A stretch of DNA of 63,751 bases, the filler included, from Phoronis australis (taxonomy: Eukaryota > Animalia > Phoronida): assembly GCA_002633005.1 (NCBI GenBank). It is 5 parts of 5 records of this genome, joined end to end, with 100 filler letters (N's around TTAATTAATTAA, not from the genome) between each part and the next. Parts side by side here need not be neighbours in the genome. Positions count along the whole stretch, not along the records: positions 1 to 21,798 come from NMRA01000311.1; positions 21,899 to 49,470 come from NMRA01000093.1; 3 more parts are not named here. One strand, given 5' to 3'. Shown piece by piece: positions 11,330 through 23,851 of the stretch. Position numbers and translations under genes: made by a program. Every line of letters starts with the position of its first letter. Position 1 is the first letter of the stretch. The notes under the pieces are model-generated. The model was not told the DNA's origin. It ran no database searches and worked only from the letters and a program-made list of their open reading frames with translations.

Positions 11330-14300
11330 TTGGTCTTCATTGTACACTCTCTCGTGTATAACACCAGTATGATCCATAGTGTCTACAATCTGCACTATAG
11401 TAAGTCTACTTAGTGTACTATTTTTGGCAACAAATTTCGTAATTTCAAATGTCCTTAATTGTGATGCCCATATATTCAGAGATTTTGATTTGTAACATTT
11501 CCATTGTTACATAATAAAAAATGGTCATTTTCGCAAACCTAACACTTCCTTTTATCTATGGTACAGAGCTTCGCTGACTGAGGCGCTTCATCGCAGGCAT
11601 ACCTGTATGCCGAACATAAATTCTACTTCCATTCTGTTTTTCATCAACACTCCATCATTTGCCTTTGTACTTGCTTGACCTACCTCAAAATTTACAGGCC
11701 TTCCTACCAATTTTATCTTGGCTTGGCTGCAAATTTAATAGACACTGCACATTCAGGCATTTTGCTGTCCAACTAACCGTACCTTATTCTAGGGCTGCAA
11801 CGCATATCTTAGACGTATAAATATGGATTCAATACAGTTTGGATAGGAGTATCTAATGCAATGAAAACGGCAACATCGATGAAGCAAAATAAAACATACA
11901 CAGATTAATCTAATTGTATTAGTGATTTTGGCAGCTTATAAATGCTGTTTCTAAACTTATTAAGTAAAAATTGTTCTCATCGTTTCTAACAAAAGAACTC
12001 CCGAACGGAAAATTTTCAACGAATGTCTTACGTCAGCCACCGTAAGTGTGACCAATTGATGAATGGTCACTTTTAGGGGTCCTGCATTTTTCGAACCAGT
12101 TTTATTCACTGAACCACAGGCATCAAACTGGTTATAAAAACCCGGGACCCCTGTATAAATCATTTCACAATCCACAGCTGCTCACATGTGCTAGCTTTCC
12201 TTACAATTTTTCACTAACGTCGGTTTGCAAAGAAATTTGTCAAAGTATGGAATTTGCGATCTTCACGATAGTTTTAAAACATAACTGGATTATAAAAACA
12301 ATCATCCTCTGCTCTGAATACATTTCCTGCACAAGAATTAGCAGCCCAAAATTAAATAAATTTGTCAATGCAAAAATGGAAACTTCGAACTCTGTTTCCG
12401 CTTCAGCAGGTAGCACTGAACATTCAGGCTGTGACCACAGGGCATTTTCTAGTGCCTAGAAATTAAATACAGGGCGTGTGTCAGGTTAAGCGGGTGGTTT
12501 GAGAAATTTGTTGAAGGCAATTATCAGGAAACTTATTTACTTGTGTTTTTGAATTAGAAAAGCCAAGTTTTTTAGCCGTGACCTTCTTTCCATGCAAAAT
12601 GGTGGCTGTCGTTTGCTTTCAAAACTTGTCGCCTGCTGACTGAGAAACCGTGTGCAATTTCAGGTGGCTGTCAGACAGATCTAAATTGCCAAAAAAGTAG
12701 CTTGTAAGTGTCTTACTATGATGACATTTTTAGAATTTAGATAAAACGAGCATTCTGAATCTGTTGTCAGATTGTTTCTAGCACTCGCACAGAAGTAGTA
12801 AATTTGGGAAGAAAACTGTCAAATTTGGTGATTTTTGGTCGTATTTTTGTGTGCCGGTATTTTTTCTCATGTGAATTAGCACATTGAAAATCTGTAGCAG
12901 AATTAAGAGTTAGATATCATGAGTAGTGTTTTTGAATTGGGAACACTTAAAAACCTCTTGTTTTTAACAGACTCTCCATAATGACCTGAGATATCGACTC
13001 GTCTCCACTTGGGTGTGTAATAACTTTGGTGTGCCTCCTAAACTCTCGAGGGTGAGTTTCGTTTCTAATTCAACCAATGACATTCAAGTACAAACTAGGT
13101 CATTGGGATTTTAAAATTGTTGGAATACTCAGCGACAAATCGGATGGCGTCGAAAGCAAGGCGTGAGTGTGGAAAATGCTAACATTTTTGTATATATCGT
13201 GTACTGCCAGCTTCTTTTATCTAATACATTTTCTGTCTTGGTTAGGAAATGGTACTGTATATTGCTGGCAACTACAACAGGTGGTGCACTGAATTGAAAT
13301 TCGCAATATTTGTATAAAGTTGTATTCCATGGTTTACCAACCTTGTGAAGGGTGTCTAAAATTTGTTATTTACAAACGAGTTACATGTCTACTGTAAAGT
13401 GAATTTTCCATTAAAAGTCCATCAATTTTTTCCACCGAATACACAATTCTTTACGTTTGTCACAACGACACTTTTTGTTAACAGGAGATGCCAAATCATT
13501 GCGTTTTCTCAGCAAGAAATTGCTTAAACAACAGTTTATGTCATACTTTTGAGTTGATGGTGGTATCGATTTTTTCAGAAATTAAGTAAGGATGCAACTA
13601 AACGGGTCAGAATGTTTTCGGCTCGCGTCAGTTCCGTTCACTTTTCACAGTGTTCGTTACTCTGATTTACCGATTCAGATCTTTTAAGAACTTTTAAGAT
13701 CTGAATCGTGAAATCAGTCTTATATATTTTTAACTAATGTAAACATATGTACAAGCTTATCTTTTGTTAGAAAGCGTCATTAGAAATATTGAGAACTGTT
13801 TAGAAACAACATTTATAAGCTGTCACAATCACTACTGCAATTCGATTAATATGTTTATGCCAATTTTTGCTTGTCCAATGTTGCCGTTTCCATGGCCTAT
13901 TAGAGACATCTATCCAACCTGTAACTGAATCCATATTTTGATGTCTAAGATATGTATTGCAGCCCTAGAATTAGGGGGTGGATGGCCAGTAAATTTTGAG
14001 GTAGGTCAAGCAAGTGCAAACATAATCGATGCAGTGTTTAAAATATGTGAAGACAAAGAAGAAAACAGAATGGAAGCAGAATATTTGTATTTATGTTCAG
14101 CATATGCCTCATGATGACGAAAGACCGCGAGTCTGCGAAGCTTTGTACCAGATATAAAAGGAAGAGTTCGGTTGGCGAAAATGACCAAATAAATAATACG
14201 TAAGAATGGGCATTTTACAAAACTTTAAATTATGAAATTTGTTGCCAACAATAGTTAAGTAAGTAGTCTGACTACAGTGCCGATTGTACACCCTATGAAC

Positions 14301-14340
14301 TGGTATTATGCACGAGAGAGTGGCCAATGAAAACGTCATA
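11330..14340. repeat. Large diverged inverted repeat: arms ~11330..11960 and ~13790..14340
   Basis: cactctctcgtgtataacaccagt...ttggcaacaaatttcgtaattt and ttctagggctgcaacgcatatcttagac are matched by reverse complements in the right arm. Confidence 0.7.
12409..12800 (+). mobile_element. Non-autonomous DNA transposon arm (GGTAGCACTGAA terminus), homologous to 28240..28620 in reverse
   Basis: Shared ggtagcactgaac...ctagtgcctagaa...agggcgtgtgtcaggtt...ctgagaaacc...caggtggctgtca; the 28620 copy ends at TTAA, as in Kolobok elements. Confidence 0.6.
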
Positions 14341-14859
14341 CATGTAGATATGGATAGAATTGCGGCTGGAATGATAATACAGAATACAGCAAAACAAGTG
14401 GACTCCATTGATATTTAATATAAAATTCGCAAGGGTTTGGTTCATGAAAAGTGACTGATAGCTTATGACAGAAATTTGGTGTTATGCTCCACAGAGCAAA
14501 AGAATAAAGTATTTGGAAATATGCCCATCACTGTTAATTACTTAGAAAATTGGTACAAATTAATTTCCATGCAATATTGTGCTAATAATAACTAAACCTT
14601 TATTTGTCAACTGTGAAGTGGGAAAGTAAGACCAACTGTTATTTTTTTAGTCTTTAGTCACTTTTCGTGAAACGGACCCCCGTAGCAATAGAATCATATT
14701 ACAGGTTAGAGTGCACAAACTGCAGTTATGAAGTACAGGTTGCTGTTACATTGTCAAGATTTAAGCAATGGATATATATGTTGATAGATATTACGGTTCA
14801 CAACGTACTAAAGGGATTCTTATGTAACGAAATACATCGCACCGTAATATAGCTAAGAA

Positions 14860-15017
14860 TTAATACACAAAGCACACCGAGAGTGGCGTAGATAAAGTGA
14901 TATCCCACGAGACATTATTTCGCGTATCGACCAATACCGAAGGTCGACTTCGATACGCGGAATAATGTCAAGTGGGATTTCACTTCATCTACCCTTATCG
15001 AGGTACGTTTTGTATTC
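14860..15017. repeat. ~150-bp imperfect palindrome, probably a transposon end
   Basis: gtagataaagtgatatcccacgagacattatttcgcgtatcga pairs with tcgatacgcggaataatgtcaagtgggatttcacttcatctac around a ccgaagg centre. Confidence 0.7.
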
Positions 15018-18000
15018 ATGCCCTGCCCTTCAAATTCCCATTCAAATTCGCTCATTTTTGGGCAGATTGTTTAAATACTTTACCCAGACTGTTCACGTGG
15101 CGGATCACCTCCTATATGCATGTACTTCCACATTTGGTTACAAGTTTTCTCTAGTAAAAGAAACATTTTTAATTATAACAATATTATTTGAAAGCAGGTG
15201 ACAAAAATGAAAAAAACTGTAATTGTGCATTGAAAGGATAACATTTGATGAAAGTAGTTAAACAACTGTAATTGATACTGTAGTTACCGAGGAAACGGTG
15301 CATGAGTTGCAGACGATATAATATCTAACCGATCCTACCATCAACCACTAACGCAGTGTTGGCTCTTCACTAAAGCCTACAAATCATCTCTAACCTACGT
15401 AAGTACATGTAAGTTGAAACCAGTTTTATAACCGTATGAAAGAATGAATCGATAGTGTCTTTTTGACAAAAGGCGAGTTCACACAAGAGTCAACCAAAAG
15501 AAATGCGCACTGTGCAGTCCAATGCCACAAACACAGTGTCTTTGAATCATAGTAGCCCAGGCCCTTAACCCGGAAACATTTGAAGCTCGGATCAAAGCAC
15601 CAAATTTGGCACACTGGTATTTTTGACCTACTGAATCTCATAGTGTCGGTTGCCCAAATTTTGAGGTCAAGGCCAAGGTCAAATCTCGAAAAACAAAATA
15701 TCCACCAAAAACACTCTTGAGAGATAACATGCACATTTTAAGGCTAGGTAATGGTACTTTATTAACTTGAAATTTATCAAAATGAAAGTGTAACATTTTT
15801 CCACATAATGTTAAGACACTCCAGAAATTGAATGCCAAAATTGAGCTCGCGCGGCTGAGGTTGCGGTGCGCGTGAGTAGCAGCTATTTGTATTCGTTTGT
15901 TCAGGTGTCGGTTTTTTGATATGAAATATAGTAAGATCTTTTTGTTTAATCCAAACGAAGTGCTTTTATTGAGATGTTATCACCGATAATTTCTTCCAAA
16001 TAAATTTCATCTACATTTTTGGAATATTTTGCAACCCGGTCCCCAAACATTGTCAAACGAAGTATCACCCGCTTGCGATTCGAGAATCCAAACCTAGGTG
16101 CCACCGTTGCATAACTGATAGGCGTAACGTACATGTAAAGCCATCTAAAATTGTCGCAATGATTTCGAAAGTTATTAATTTCCTTATAATCAAGCACCAC
16201 CTGAGGTCAAATACGATGCTAAAACTCATGTGCCTGGGGCAAATAATGAATTAAATGTATTTTTAACAGTTGGCCAATGGGAAAAGTAAGAGATTTTAGA
16301 ATTTGGATCCCTCACAGCTGATGTGAAGAATTTCGCCAGGTGCATACATCTGTATACATAAATTGCACTTTTGGTGCCGTTTGGTATCACTGCATTCTTC
16401 GGTAAAAATTCAGGATACAATGACACTTACAAAGATGGTATGTACCAATTAACCGAACTACCTATGGGCAATTTGCAGATAATGGTTTTCTGATAGGTAA
16501 AGAATGGGAAAACATCTATTGTGTGGCCTTGAGATATACTGTTAGAAAGCTAATTACTTTGGTTGCAGTTTAGGACATTCTATAGACATTTAGCACCAAA
16601 CTCGTTTCTTTACAAAGTAAAAATTAGTGCTTCTGATACATATAGCGTTAGCAATAGGCACTGGAACACGTTTTCACGATTGTTATGTTACTAAAGAAAT
16701 CGAATTCTGGAAAAGAACAATTTTCGAAACAAAGCACACTTGTCACATAGTTGCATTCAAGTACGTAAAAACGGGACAACTGCGTTGATAATCAGGAAAT
16801 CCAGACTCAAAGTGGGACGCCTGGGACTATGTCAAAACGCAAGGGTGAAATGTTTGCCACAGCACACAAAAACGTCCCGACAGAGTGTTTTGTTGAACCA
16901 GAGATTACGGAAAATTGCAGGCACTCCTGAATTTCATAAAAACGTCCCATTTTTGTCTATATGTGGAACGGAAAAATAGGGCTCTGTTTGGTGGGAAATC
17001 ACAATTATAGTATATGGTAATATGTCAATCCACAGTTTGTCACAACCATAAACATTTTATTTCTTAATTTTATTTCACTAACATATAATTGATTATATTA
17101 CAGCTCAGAAATCATGTTAATATTATATCTGGGCACCATGTAAACACTGCGCAAATGATTTATTATACACACAATACAAAACAGTATTAATATATATATA
17201 CGCATACATGCGCACATACTAAGCCACTCAAATTAGTGCACGAGTATTTTTTAAAGTTCCGTGAACACACTTGTTATAAGGATATAAACTTGTCTTTTAT
17301 AATTGCAGAACAAACAGTCAGAAACCAAATGTCACTTCTTTCCAAAAATACTACAACATAATTTTAACAACCAAAAGTATTTTCTTGAAAAACAGGTAAA
17401 TTGATAGCTTGTTGAAAATGACTCTAAGACTGGAGATGAAAAGATATCAGAGGCCAGACTATTTCTGCATACAGCCGGAGCCAAGGGTTTGGTGCCTTTA
17501 AAAACGAGCGGTGTACATGTAATTGATGGATTATTTTGCCGATAAAACACTGAGTGGCTGGAGCCATACCTCAAGCTTCTCGCTTCATGATTCCATTATG
17601 AACATAAATGGCAAAATGAAAACGAATCAGTGAAGTTAGGCTTGATTTGATAATTACAACACTATATCAAAACTCAATCGAGCGGACAACCGGAAATTCA
17701 CAGCGCAAACTCTCTTGACCAGTCCCGTGAAATCTCAGTGGTCGCAAGCTCTAACACTTGAATGCATGGGTCACAGGCAGGAGCTCGTATTCCCATCATC
17801 CAGGTGTATGGCTTGATCAAGTCCAGATGAAGACAACATAGAGAATCTAAAATTGTTATCCAACCCCAGCCCAGGGCAGAGTTTCGTAAACTATCATGTT
17901 TCTTGCGATCACGTAAGACCATGCGAGTGAATGGTGTTTCGTGAGCACTTTTTTGTCATTTTAGCATCTCGATGTTTTCCAATTGACGTAGAGTGGTAAA

Positions 18001-18206
18001 ATGACGTGGTTTTGTTGAAAATTTTCATCTTTGAGAAACCCCAAAGAGTGTACTTCTTGTCAGTTATGCCCCTTTCCAGGTATCTTGAGACAGCTGTGCA
18101 AACAAGGACTTACAATGACCCAGACCACTCGAACTGTGGTCTTTGCCCGAACGAAGAGCTCTCACCGTAAGTGCACGCTTAATGTATTCAGTCTACTCAA
18201 CGCCGT

Positions 18207-18472
18207 CTACTCGTGAGTCGGATACACGCAGTAGAAATCACTCGCTTTCTTTCTGGAGTAAACCACGTGAACAAGACAAGCATTCTGGGAACACGAGACA
18301 AGGCAATCGAGACATATGACATCACCAACGATGCGGAACGACAAAGTTTCGGACGGAATACTATCCGTGATCCGGAAAATAGATGTATTATCTTGCTTCG
18401 AGAACCTTTGGGTGTCGACGTCTGCTACAATTGTATTGTTGATTGGAGTGCCACTTATATAGACGCAAGGGT
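18207..18472 (-). CDS. Candidate terminal exon encoding a Cys-containing domain, possibly PAN/apple-like
   Basis: Strong acceptor ttcttttctttccag. In phase 1 it reads open for 88 residues to TAG: DPCVYISGTPINNTIVADVDTQRFSKQDNTSIFRITDSIPSETLSFRIVGDVICLDCLVSCSQNACLVHVVYSRKKASDFYCVYPTHE*. Phase-compatible with the TSP1 exon ~490 bp upstream. The domain call is inference only. Confidence 0.4.
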
Positions 18473-18958
18473 CTGGAAAGAAAAGAACAACGTTTTTGCA
18501 ACGACTAGAAACACTTTCACTGAACTGCTTTTCCTGCCAGCAATATGGTACAGCTCAGGCAAGAAGACAAAATATACCCAGTGCTTTGAGTTTAGAACCC
18601 AAAACAGAAATCACAAAACCATTTTAATAACAATTTCATTTAAAAGATTTTGAATCGCACACTATTGCGTTTAATCACAACAAGAACGGTGCGAGATTGC
18701 AAAGATTAGTTATACAGCGGTGTTTGCTATATATAGTCAGTGGAACTGGATTGCTACTGCTGTACCTGGAAACGTGATTGTGTGTCACGTTTCAAGCTTA
18801 AACGTTAAAAGGTCGTCGAAATTGCCTTATCCAATCTTTTTAGATAGGAAACGTAGCCGAGTAGTTCAACTCAGTTACACCTTCCTGCCAACAGATTTTT
18901 AAAAGGCATGCACAACAACTTTTGAAAAAGACTTCTCATTTGGCCATTGGGAACGTAC

Positions 18959-19126
18959 CAGGACATTCACGAACATTACATGCCAGGGTCTGTGAAGTAT
19001 TTCCAGTACAATTAGTGCCCGCATTGGCCGGGGTGGGGTTGGTGCAAGTTCTTGTTCCTGTCTGTGTACCACCTCCACAGGTAACAGTGCAAGATCCCCA
19101 TTCCCAGTCGGACCAGCTGCCATTAA
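18959..19126 (-). CDS. Thrombospondin type-1 (TSP1) exon, intact
   Basis: 168-nt phase 1-1 exon (catttag acceptor, gtacgt donor): NGSWSDWEWGSCTVTCGGGTQTGTRTCTNPTPANAGTNCTGNTSQTLACNVRECP, with the WSxW and CxVTCG motifs and six Cys. Confidence 0.92.
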
Positions 19127-19361
19127 CTAAATGTAGAAACACTAGCTGAGTCAGAAAGGCGTTGAACTGTGTAAAAGGTCTATAATTGAAAAAGAGTGGT
19201 ATTTTGCTTTCAGCTAGACTATAGGACCACGTGCCGTTAAAAAGAGCCCGTTTACACCAAACTTTAGAAAAGACTTGACCAAAACGGCCAATCGTCTCAG
19301 TCGCACGCTTTAAGTAAACTTTCATATTTCAGGCGGCATGATAGGCCAATTTTCAAGTCAN

Positions 19362-21124
19362 TCAAGTGTTTCCAAAACTTCAATGTGTACGGCACGAGTA
19401 CTCATGCATGTGAATACACATCCATACCGTTTCAATTTGGAGCGTCACCTTTTGACTAAAAAGGGACCAAAGCAGTCAACACCAGTATGTGCGAAGGGTG
19501 TATCACCTGCTGCAAGTCGGGTCTCTGGGAGTTCTCCCATTTTCTGTTGACATGATCTGCCATTAACTTTACGACAAATAATGCATCTGCGTAAGATAGA
19601 TTTAACATCTTTTCTGCGAATCCAATACATTTCTCTTATGTTTGCCAAAGTGTATTCACATCCCATGTGATTCGTTTCATGTACATGGCGAATCAATATA
19701 TTTGCAATGTGTCGGCTTGGGACAATGATTTGATTTTTGTTATTAGTACCAGCTTTGCTGGTCCTACCTCCAACACGTATGATGCCATTTTCATCAATGT
19801 AAGGATTTAGTTGGCGAACATTTTCGCTGTTTGTTTTCAAATTTTGTTGTGCAAATTTCAGAATTTTTTCTTCTGCTGATTGCATGTCTGAAACGGTTAG
19901 TTTCGTGAATTTGCTTTTCGCTTTCAATGACTTCTTGATTTTAATCAGCCATGCGACTGCCCTTTTCAGTCGCTGCCAGTCTGAGTAATATTCACTCAGT
20001 TGCTTAAGAGGATGTTCTCTAATAACTGCCTTTCTTCTAACAGGCACAGACACTGCACTTCCATGTGAAGTGACTTGGTGTTTAACTTCAGGGTCATCAT
20101 CATTGACCTCTAACACCTTCTCATTGTTGACGGATGGACCCGTGGCATCTAAAGGATCAGTCCCATCATCCGTCACGAAAAATTCAGACGATTCAGAAAC
20201 AACTTTCGGCTTGACGCTAGTAACAAAATGGGAAATCACCTTAGTGCTAACAGTGCCACCTTTTGGACCATTAAGGCACCAACCAAACATAGTGCGGACT
20301 GCAAAGGGCTCATTTTTCCCACCCTTTCTGACCTCTAGTGGGATAAGGGCCTCACAATTATCTTGGCCAATTAAGATTTCAACTCTTCCTTGGACAATTG
20401 GCAAATCTTTTAGGTGGTTGTATGCTGCTAAGTCAATGGGAGGCGTGTCTGTTGGTATCTCCTTTGCCACATAAACATGAGACATAGATAAGTCGTTTGC
20501 ACCGTCTTGGGTTGTCAAACGGAAAGCAGTTTTCATTGAGCGCCGCTCGTGGTCGAGCGCATCAATCGTACTAAATGTATATGTAAGCTTTGTGGTCGGA
20601 AGCTTCAATTTGGCAACTAGACTCCTGGTGCAGAAGCTGCCTGAAGACCCGGTGTCTAAAAGGGAGAAGGTAGAGTACGCATTGTTCACCCGAACCGGGA
20701 CAATTGGCAGATATATGCCATGGTCAGCCACCCGGATTCCATTATTGGTCACATTAGGGGGAGTGCTATCTTTTTTATCATGAAGTAGGTATGAATGTTT
20801 CTCTACGCAGCCTTGTTTGCGACAAAAAGACGTTTTTTGGCAATTTTCTACCTTATGGTTGTCAAAAAGGCAATTTCGACAAAGTTTAGCCCTCTCAACC
20901 ACAACATGGCGTTCTGAAGGCGTTTTATTCTTGAATTGTTCACAGCGCCAGAGCGGATGGGGCTGCGAACAATCAGGACATTTTCTTATCTTTTGTGACT
21001 GACCCATCTTTACATTAGTATTAAAATTGGAAGATCTTTTGGGAACATCATTGAATTGCTTATGGCTATGACCGGCAGACGGAAACAAAGAATAGGAACT
21101 TGGCATTGTTGAACACGACATCAT
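19362..21124 (-). mobile_element. Bel/Pao LTR retrotransposon internal region (Gag knuckles, protease, integrase; RT and RNase H absent)
   Basis: Three Cys/His knuckles (CPDCSQPHPLWRC, CRNCLFDNHKVENC, CRKQGCVEKHSYLLH); protease LLDTGS; Pao motifs LIGQD, AVRTMFGW, LNPYIDENGIIRVGGR; integrase HHCC and PFAHTGVDCFGP. After a TGA the frame continues RSKLKRYGCVFTCMSTRAVHIEV up to the N at 19361. Confidence 0.93.
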
Positions 21125-21310
21125 ATTTATTTGATGATGCGGGGGTAGACAAAGAATAGGAACTTGGCATTGTTGAACACGACATCATATTTATTTGATG
21201 ATGCGGGGGTAGACAAAGAATAGGAACTTGGCATTGTTGAACACGACATCATATTTATTTGATGATGCAAGTTAATGTAAAGTAGACCATGAATAGGAAC
21301 TTGGCATTTT
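21086..21310. repeat. 64-bp tandem repeat, about 3 copies plus a partial
   Basis: aataggaacttggcattgttgaacacgacatc starts at 21091, 21155 and 21219. Confidence 0.9.
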
Positions 21311-21798
21311 ATTTCCAACAATGTATTTCCCGTTTATAATTTCATGAGGGCTTGCTGTTAACCTGTTTCTGAAGGGGAACTGAGAGCCCAGCTTGTGAAA
21401 TACTAGTGAATGACTTGCTGAGGCAGTAGAATGCTTTCACTTCGTTCAGGCTCTCAAATACTTTGTAAAATAGTTGCGTGTAAAACTAGGATGGAAGCCA
21501 AAAAGTTCATGGCGTCGGTGGTTACTTTCACAGGGACTTAATGTGCAACACTTTCTATAATACTGATTTTCCTGAAGTCCTTCCATAAGTCAGAATCACT
21601 TTACTGGGCAATAGTGGCTGCAAGAACTGACTATTTGACTTTGTCATAAATCGTTTTACACAAAGAGGTAAAATCAGTAGACCAATCGCATTGCTTTCCA
21701 GATAATAAACTGACCAACAGGCAGTCGCTTAAACTGAAATATTTACCAACATGACTTCTGAGATAGACAATAGGGGTACCTGCCAAAAATGGGGGATT

Positions 21799-21898
21799 NN
21801 NNNNNNNNNNNNNNNNNNNNNNNNNNNNNNNNNNNNNNNNNNTTAATTAATTAANNNNNNNNNNNNNNNNNNNNNNNNNNNNNNNNNNNNNNNNNNNN
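21799..21898. other. Artificial assembly spacer (44 N + TTAATTAATTAA + 44 N)
   Basis: The same 100-bp structure occurs four times; the 12-mer puts stops in all six frames. Confidence 0.95.
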
Positions 21899-21977
21899 TT
21901 TTTTTTATTTTTGGGTCCTGGCCCAAGAGGGGTTTAAACCCCCTGAACCCCCCCTCGTAGATCCGCCACTGAATATA

Positions 21978-22289
21978 CAAGGTACCTAAATTACATGGTT
22001 AACGGACTCATAAACACGGTCACGACTCACGTACCTGCAAACACCGTTCAGCTGACTCGCAAACACGGGGACGGACTCTCAAAACACGGACTCATCGGCT
22101 CAGTACTCAGCGGTCCGTTAACCGTCTTTCTCCATGAATGTGAGTCCGTGTCCCATGTATTTGGGTGAATGTATCGTGTTTTGTGAGTCCGTTCCCGTGT
22201 TTTTGAGTCAGCGAACTGTGTTTGCAGGTACGTGAGTCGTGTTCATGCGTCCGTGACCGGGTTCATGCGCCCGTTAACCATGTACCTTG
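21978..22289. mobile_element. MITE with long imperfect inverted repeats (CAAGGTAC termini)
   Basis: caaggtacctaaattacatggttaacgg ... ccgttaaccatgtaccttg with internal gactca/tgagtc subrepeats; partial second copy at 26208..26363. Confidence 0.8.
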
Positions 22290-22339
22290 ATATACAAGGA
22301 GAGACCAAAGATGTAGCTGCGATAGCAAAAGTGTTGGTA

Positions 22340-22570
22340 CCTCGAACCTGGGTGTCTGGGTGTCTGTATGGAGAGAAAATACTGATAAAAGAACAAACTG
22401 GCTCCAAGAAAAAGTGTTCACTGAAAGATAACATTTTTACTCTTTTAAGAATAAAACAGCTTGGTTGAAAAATATAAGTTAAGACAAAAGTCAAAACCAT
22501 TTTATTGTGTTTATATCGATTTCAACAAGATATTTGATTCGATAAAAAGAACAAAATTGTTCTACACTAA
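22340..22570 (+). mobile_element. Degenerate non-LTR retrotransposon reverse-transcriptase fragment
   Basis: EQTGSKKKCSLKDNIFTL then, after a frameshift, LVEKY...KPFYCVYIDFNKIFDSIKRTKLF; resembles the LINE RT motifs EQxGFR...DxIFTL and FIDFxKAFDSI. Confidence 0.75.
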
Positions 22571-23124
22571 TATCGATAGGTGTTGTTGGGCCACTGTTGA
22601 AAAGTCTACAAAGTATGTGTTCAACATCATGAAATTCTTATGCAACATGTGTCTGCTTGAAAGCTCGGTGTGTATTGCCTTGAGCAAAATCGCACTGCAG
22701 GTAGCGCTGTGACGGTCATTTTCTATTGTAAAAGAACCCCTATAATAAGCCTCCTTGAGGCGCTTAGCGCTTTCACAGGAATCTAGGACTATGTGATTCC
22801 ACCTAGACAAGAATGTTATGCTTGACTAGTGTCCAAAGGAGGCACGGAACAGTTCTCACAGGTGTTTGCCTATCAAAACACATGTTAATGGACTCTTCAC
22901 CCTTTCTTCACTCTGTCAGAAACTGCATGTAAATAAAAAAATTTTGAGTCATTTCACATCACAAGCCCTACAGATGAGCACAGAAACTTTATTCTCTCTT
23001 GTATATTTGACTCTTTCACTCCCAGTGGAAACCAAGCTAGACTAAGAAATATTAAGTAAAAAAATGCAAAATCGGCACCCAAAAACCATCACTTCCCTGC
23101 CTATCGATTCCAAAAATGTGTCAA

Positions 23125-23426
23125 CCAACTTGTTTTTTTTTGCAAATCTGGCTTGTTTGAGGGCTACCTGAAATCGAGGCCAGTTTCTCAGTTGCTACAC
23201 CGCAATGCACAATTACAACAGGGGGCCACCATCTTGAAGAAGAGTGCAGCTACAGCCGAGAAAGTTGTCTTTTTTATTATCATGTTCACAAATACAACAA
23301 ACCACATTCACTTGGCCTACATACAATACCTAACTAAAAATGCCCCCAAGCCTAGCCTAACCCTAGATTTTAATATTTTGGGAGTGCAAATTGGCCGCGG
23401 CCGCAGCCTAAGTGTTCAGTGCCACC
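23125..23426 (-). mobile_element. Non-autonomous DNA transposon arm (GGTGGCACTGAA terminus), homologous to 51265..51610
   Basis: Both copies give the near-identical spurious peptide FEGYLKSRP.SQLLH.NAQLQQGATILKKSAATAEKV, on opposite strands; the terminus is related to the 12409/28620 family. Confidence 0.7.
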
Positions 23427-23851
23427 AAAATAGATCCTGGACCACGGTTTGCTCACGGCAATATTGATAAGATCTAGCCAGGTGCGAATCCAGAATTTTG
23501 AGTTAGGGGGGTCAGAGCACAATATTAGCCAGGATTTTGCCAGTAATTTGCACCCCCGAGCTGCTAAATGGAATTTGGAAGAAATTTAGTGGGGTCATGG
23601 CCCTCTTGGCCCCATTCTAAGTCACTTCTAGCAAGCCTGCGAGTGTTGCCGGTAAAGAAATCAACATTACTACTTAGTGCTGGACTACAATAAACAATCG
23701 AAACAAAAATCAAGAAATGAGAAAATAGCAAGGATTTTTTTCGGTAACGTTTTGTTGTTTTATTCTTGCATTTTTAAAATACTCGATTTCAGCTGACAAG
23801 TATTTTACTAGCCGTTACCCGTGCTTACTGGTAGCAGCTAGTGCATCGGTA

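Noticed and set aside
18213-18653. 146-aa plus-strand ORF
   Set aside because: No recognisable motif and a non-ATG start; antisense to the better-supported minus-strand exon candidate.
20070-21002. Plus-strand ORFs of 61-134 aa
   Set aside because: Antisense shadows of the Pao polyprotein.
21086-21310. Second CRISPR-like candidate
   Set aside because: Head-to-tail 64-bp units with no unique spacers.
21843-21854. TTAATTAATTAA as a biological motif or transposon target
   Set aside because: Always centred in a 100-bp N spacer; an assembly linker.
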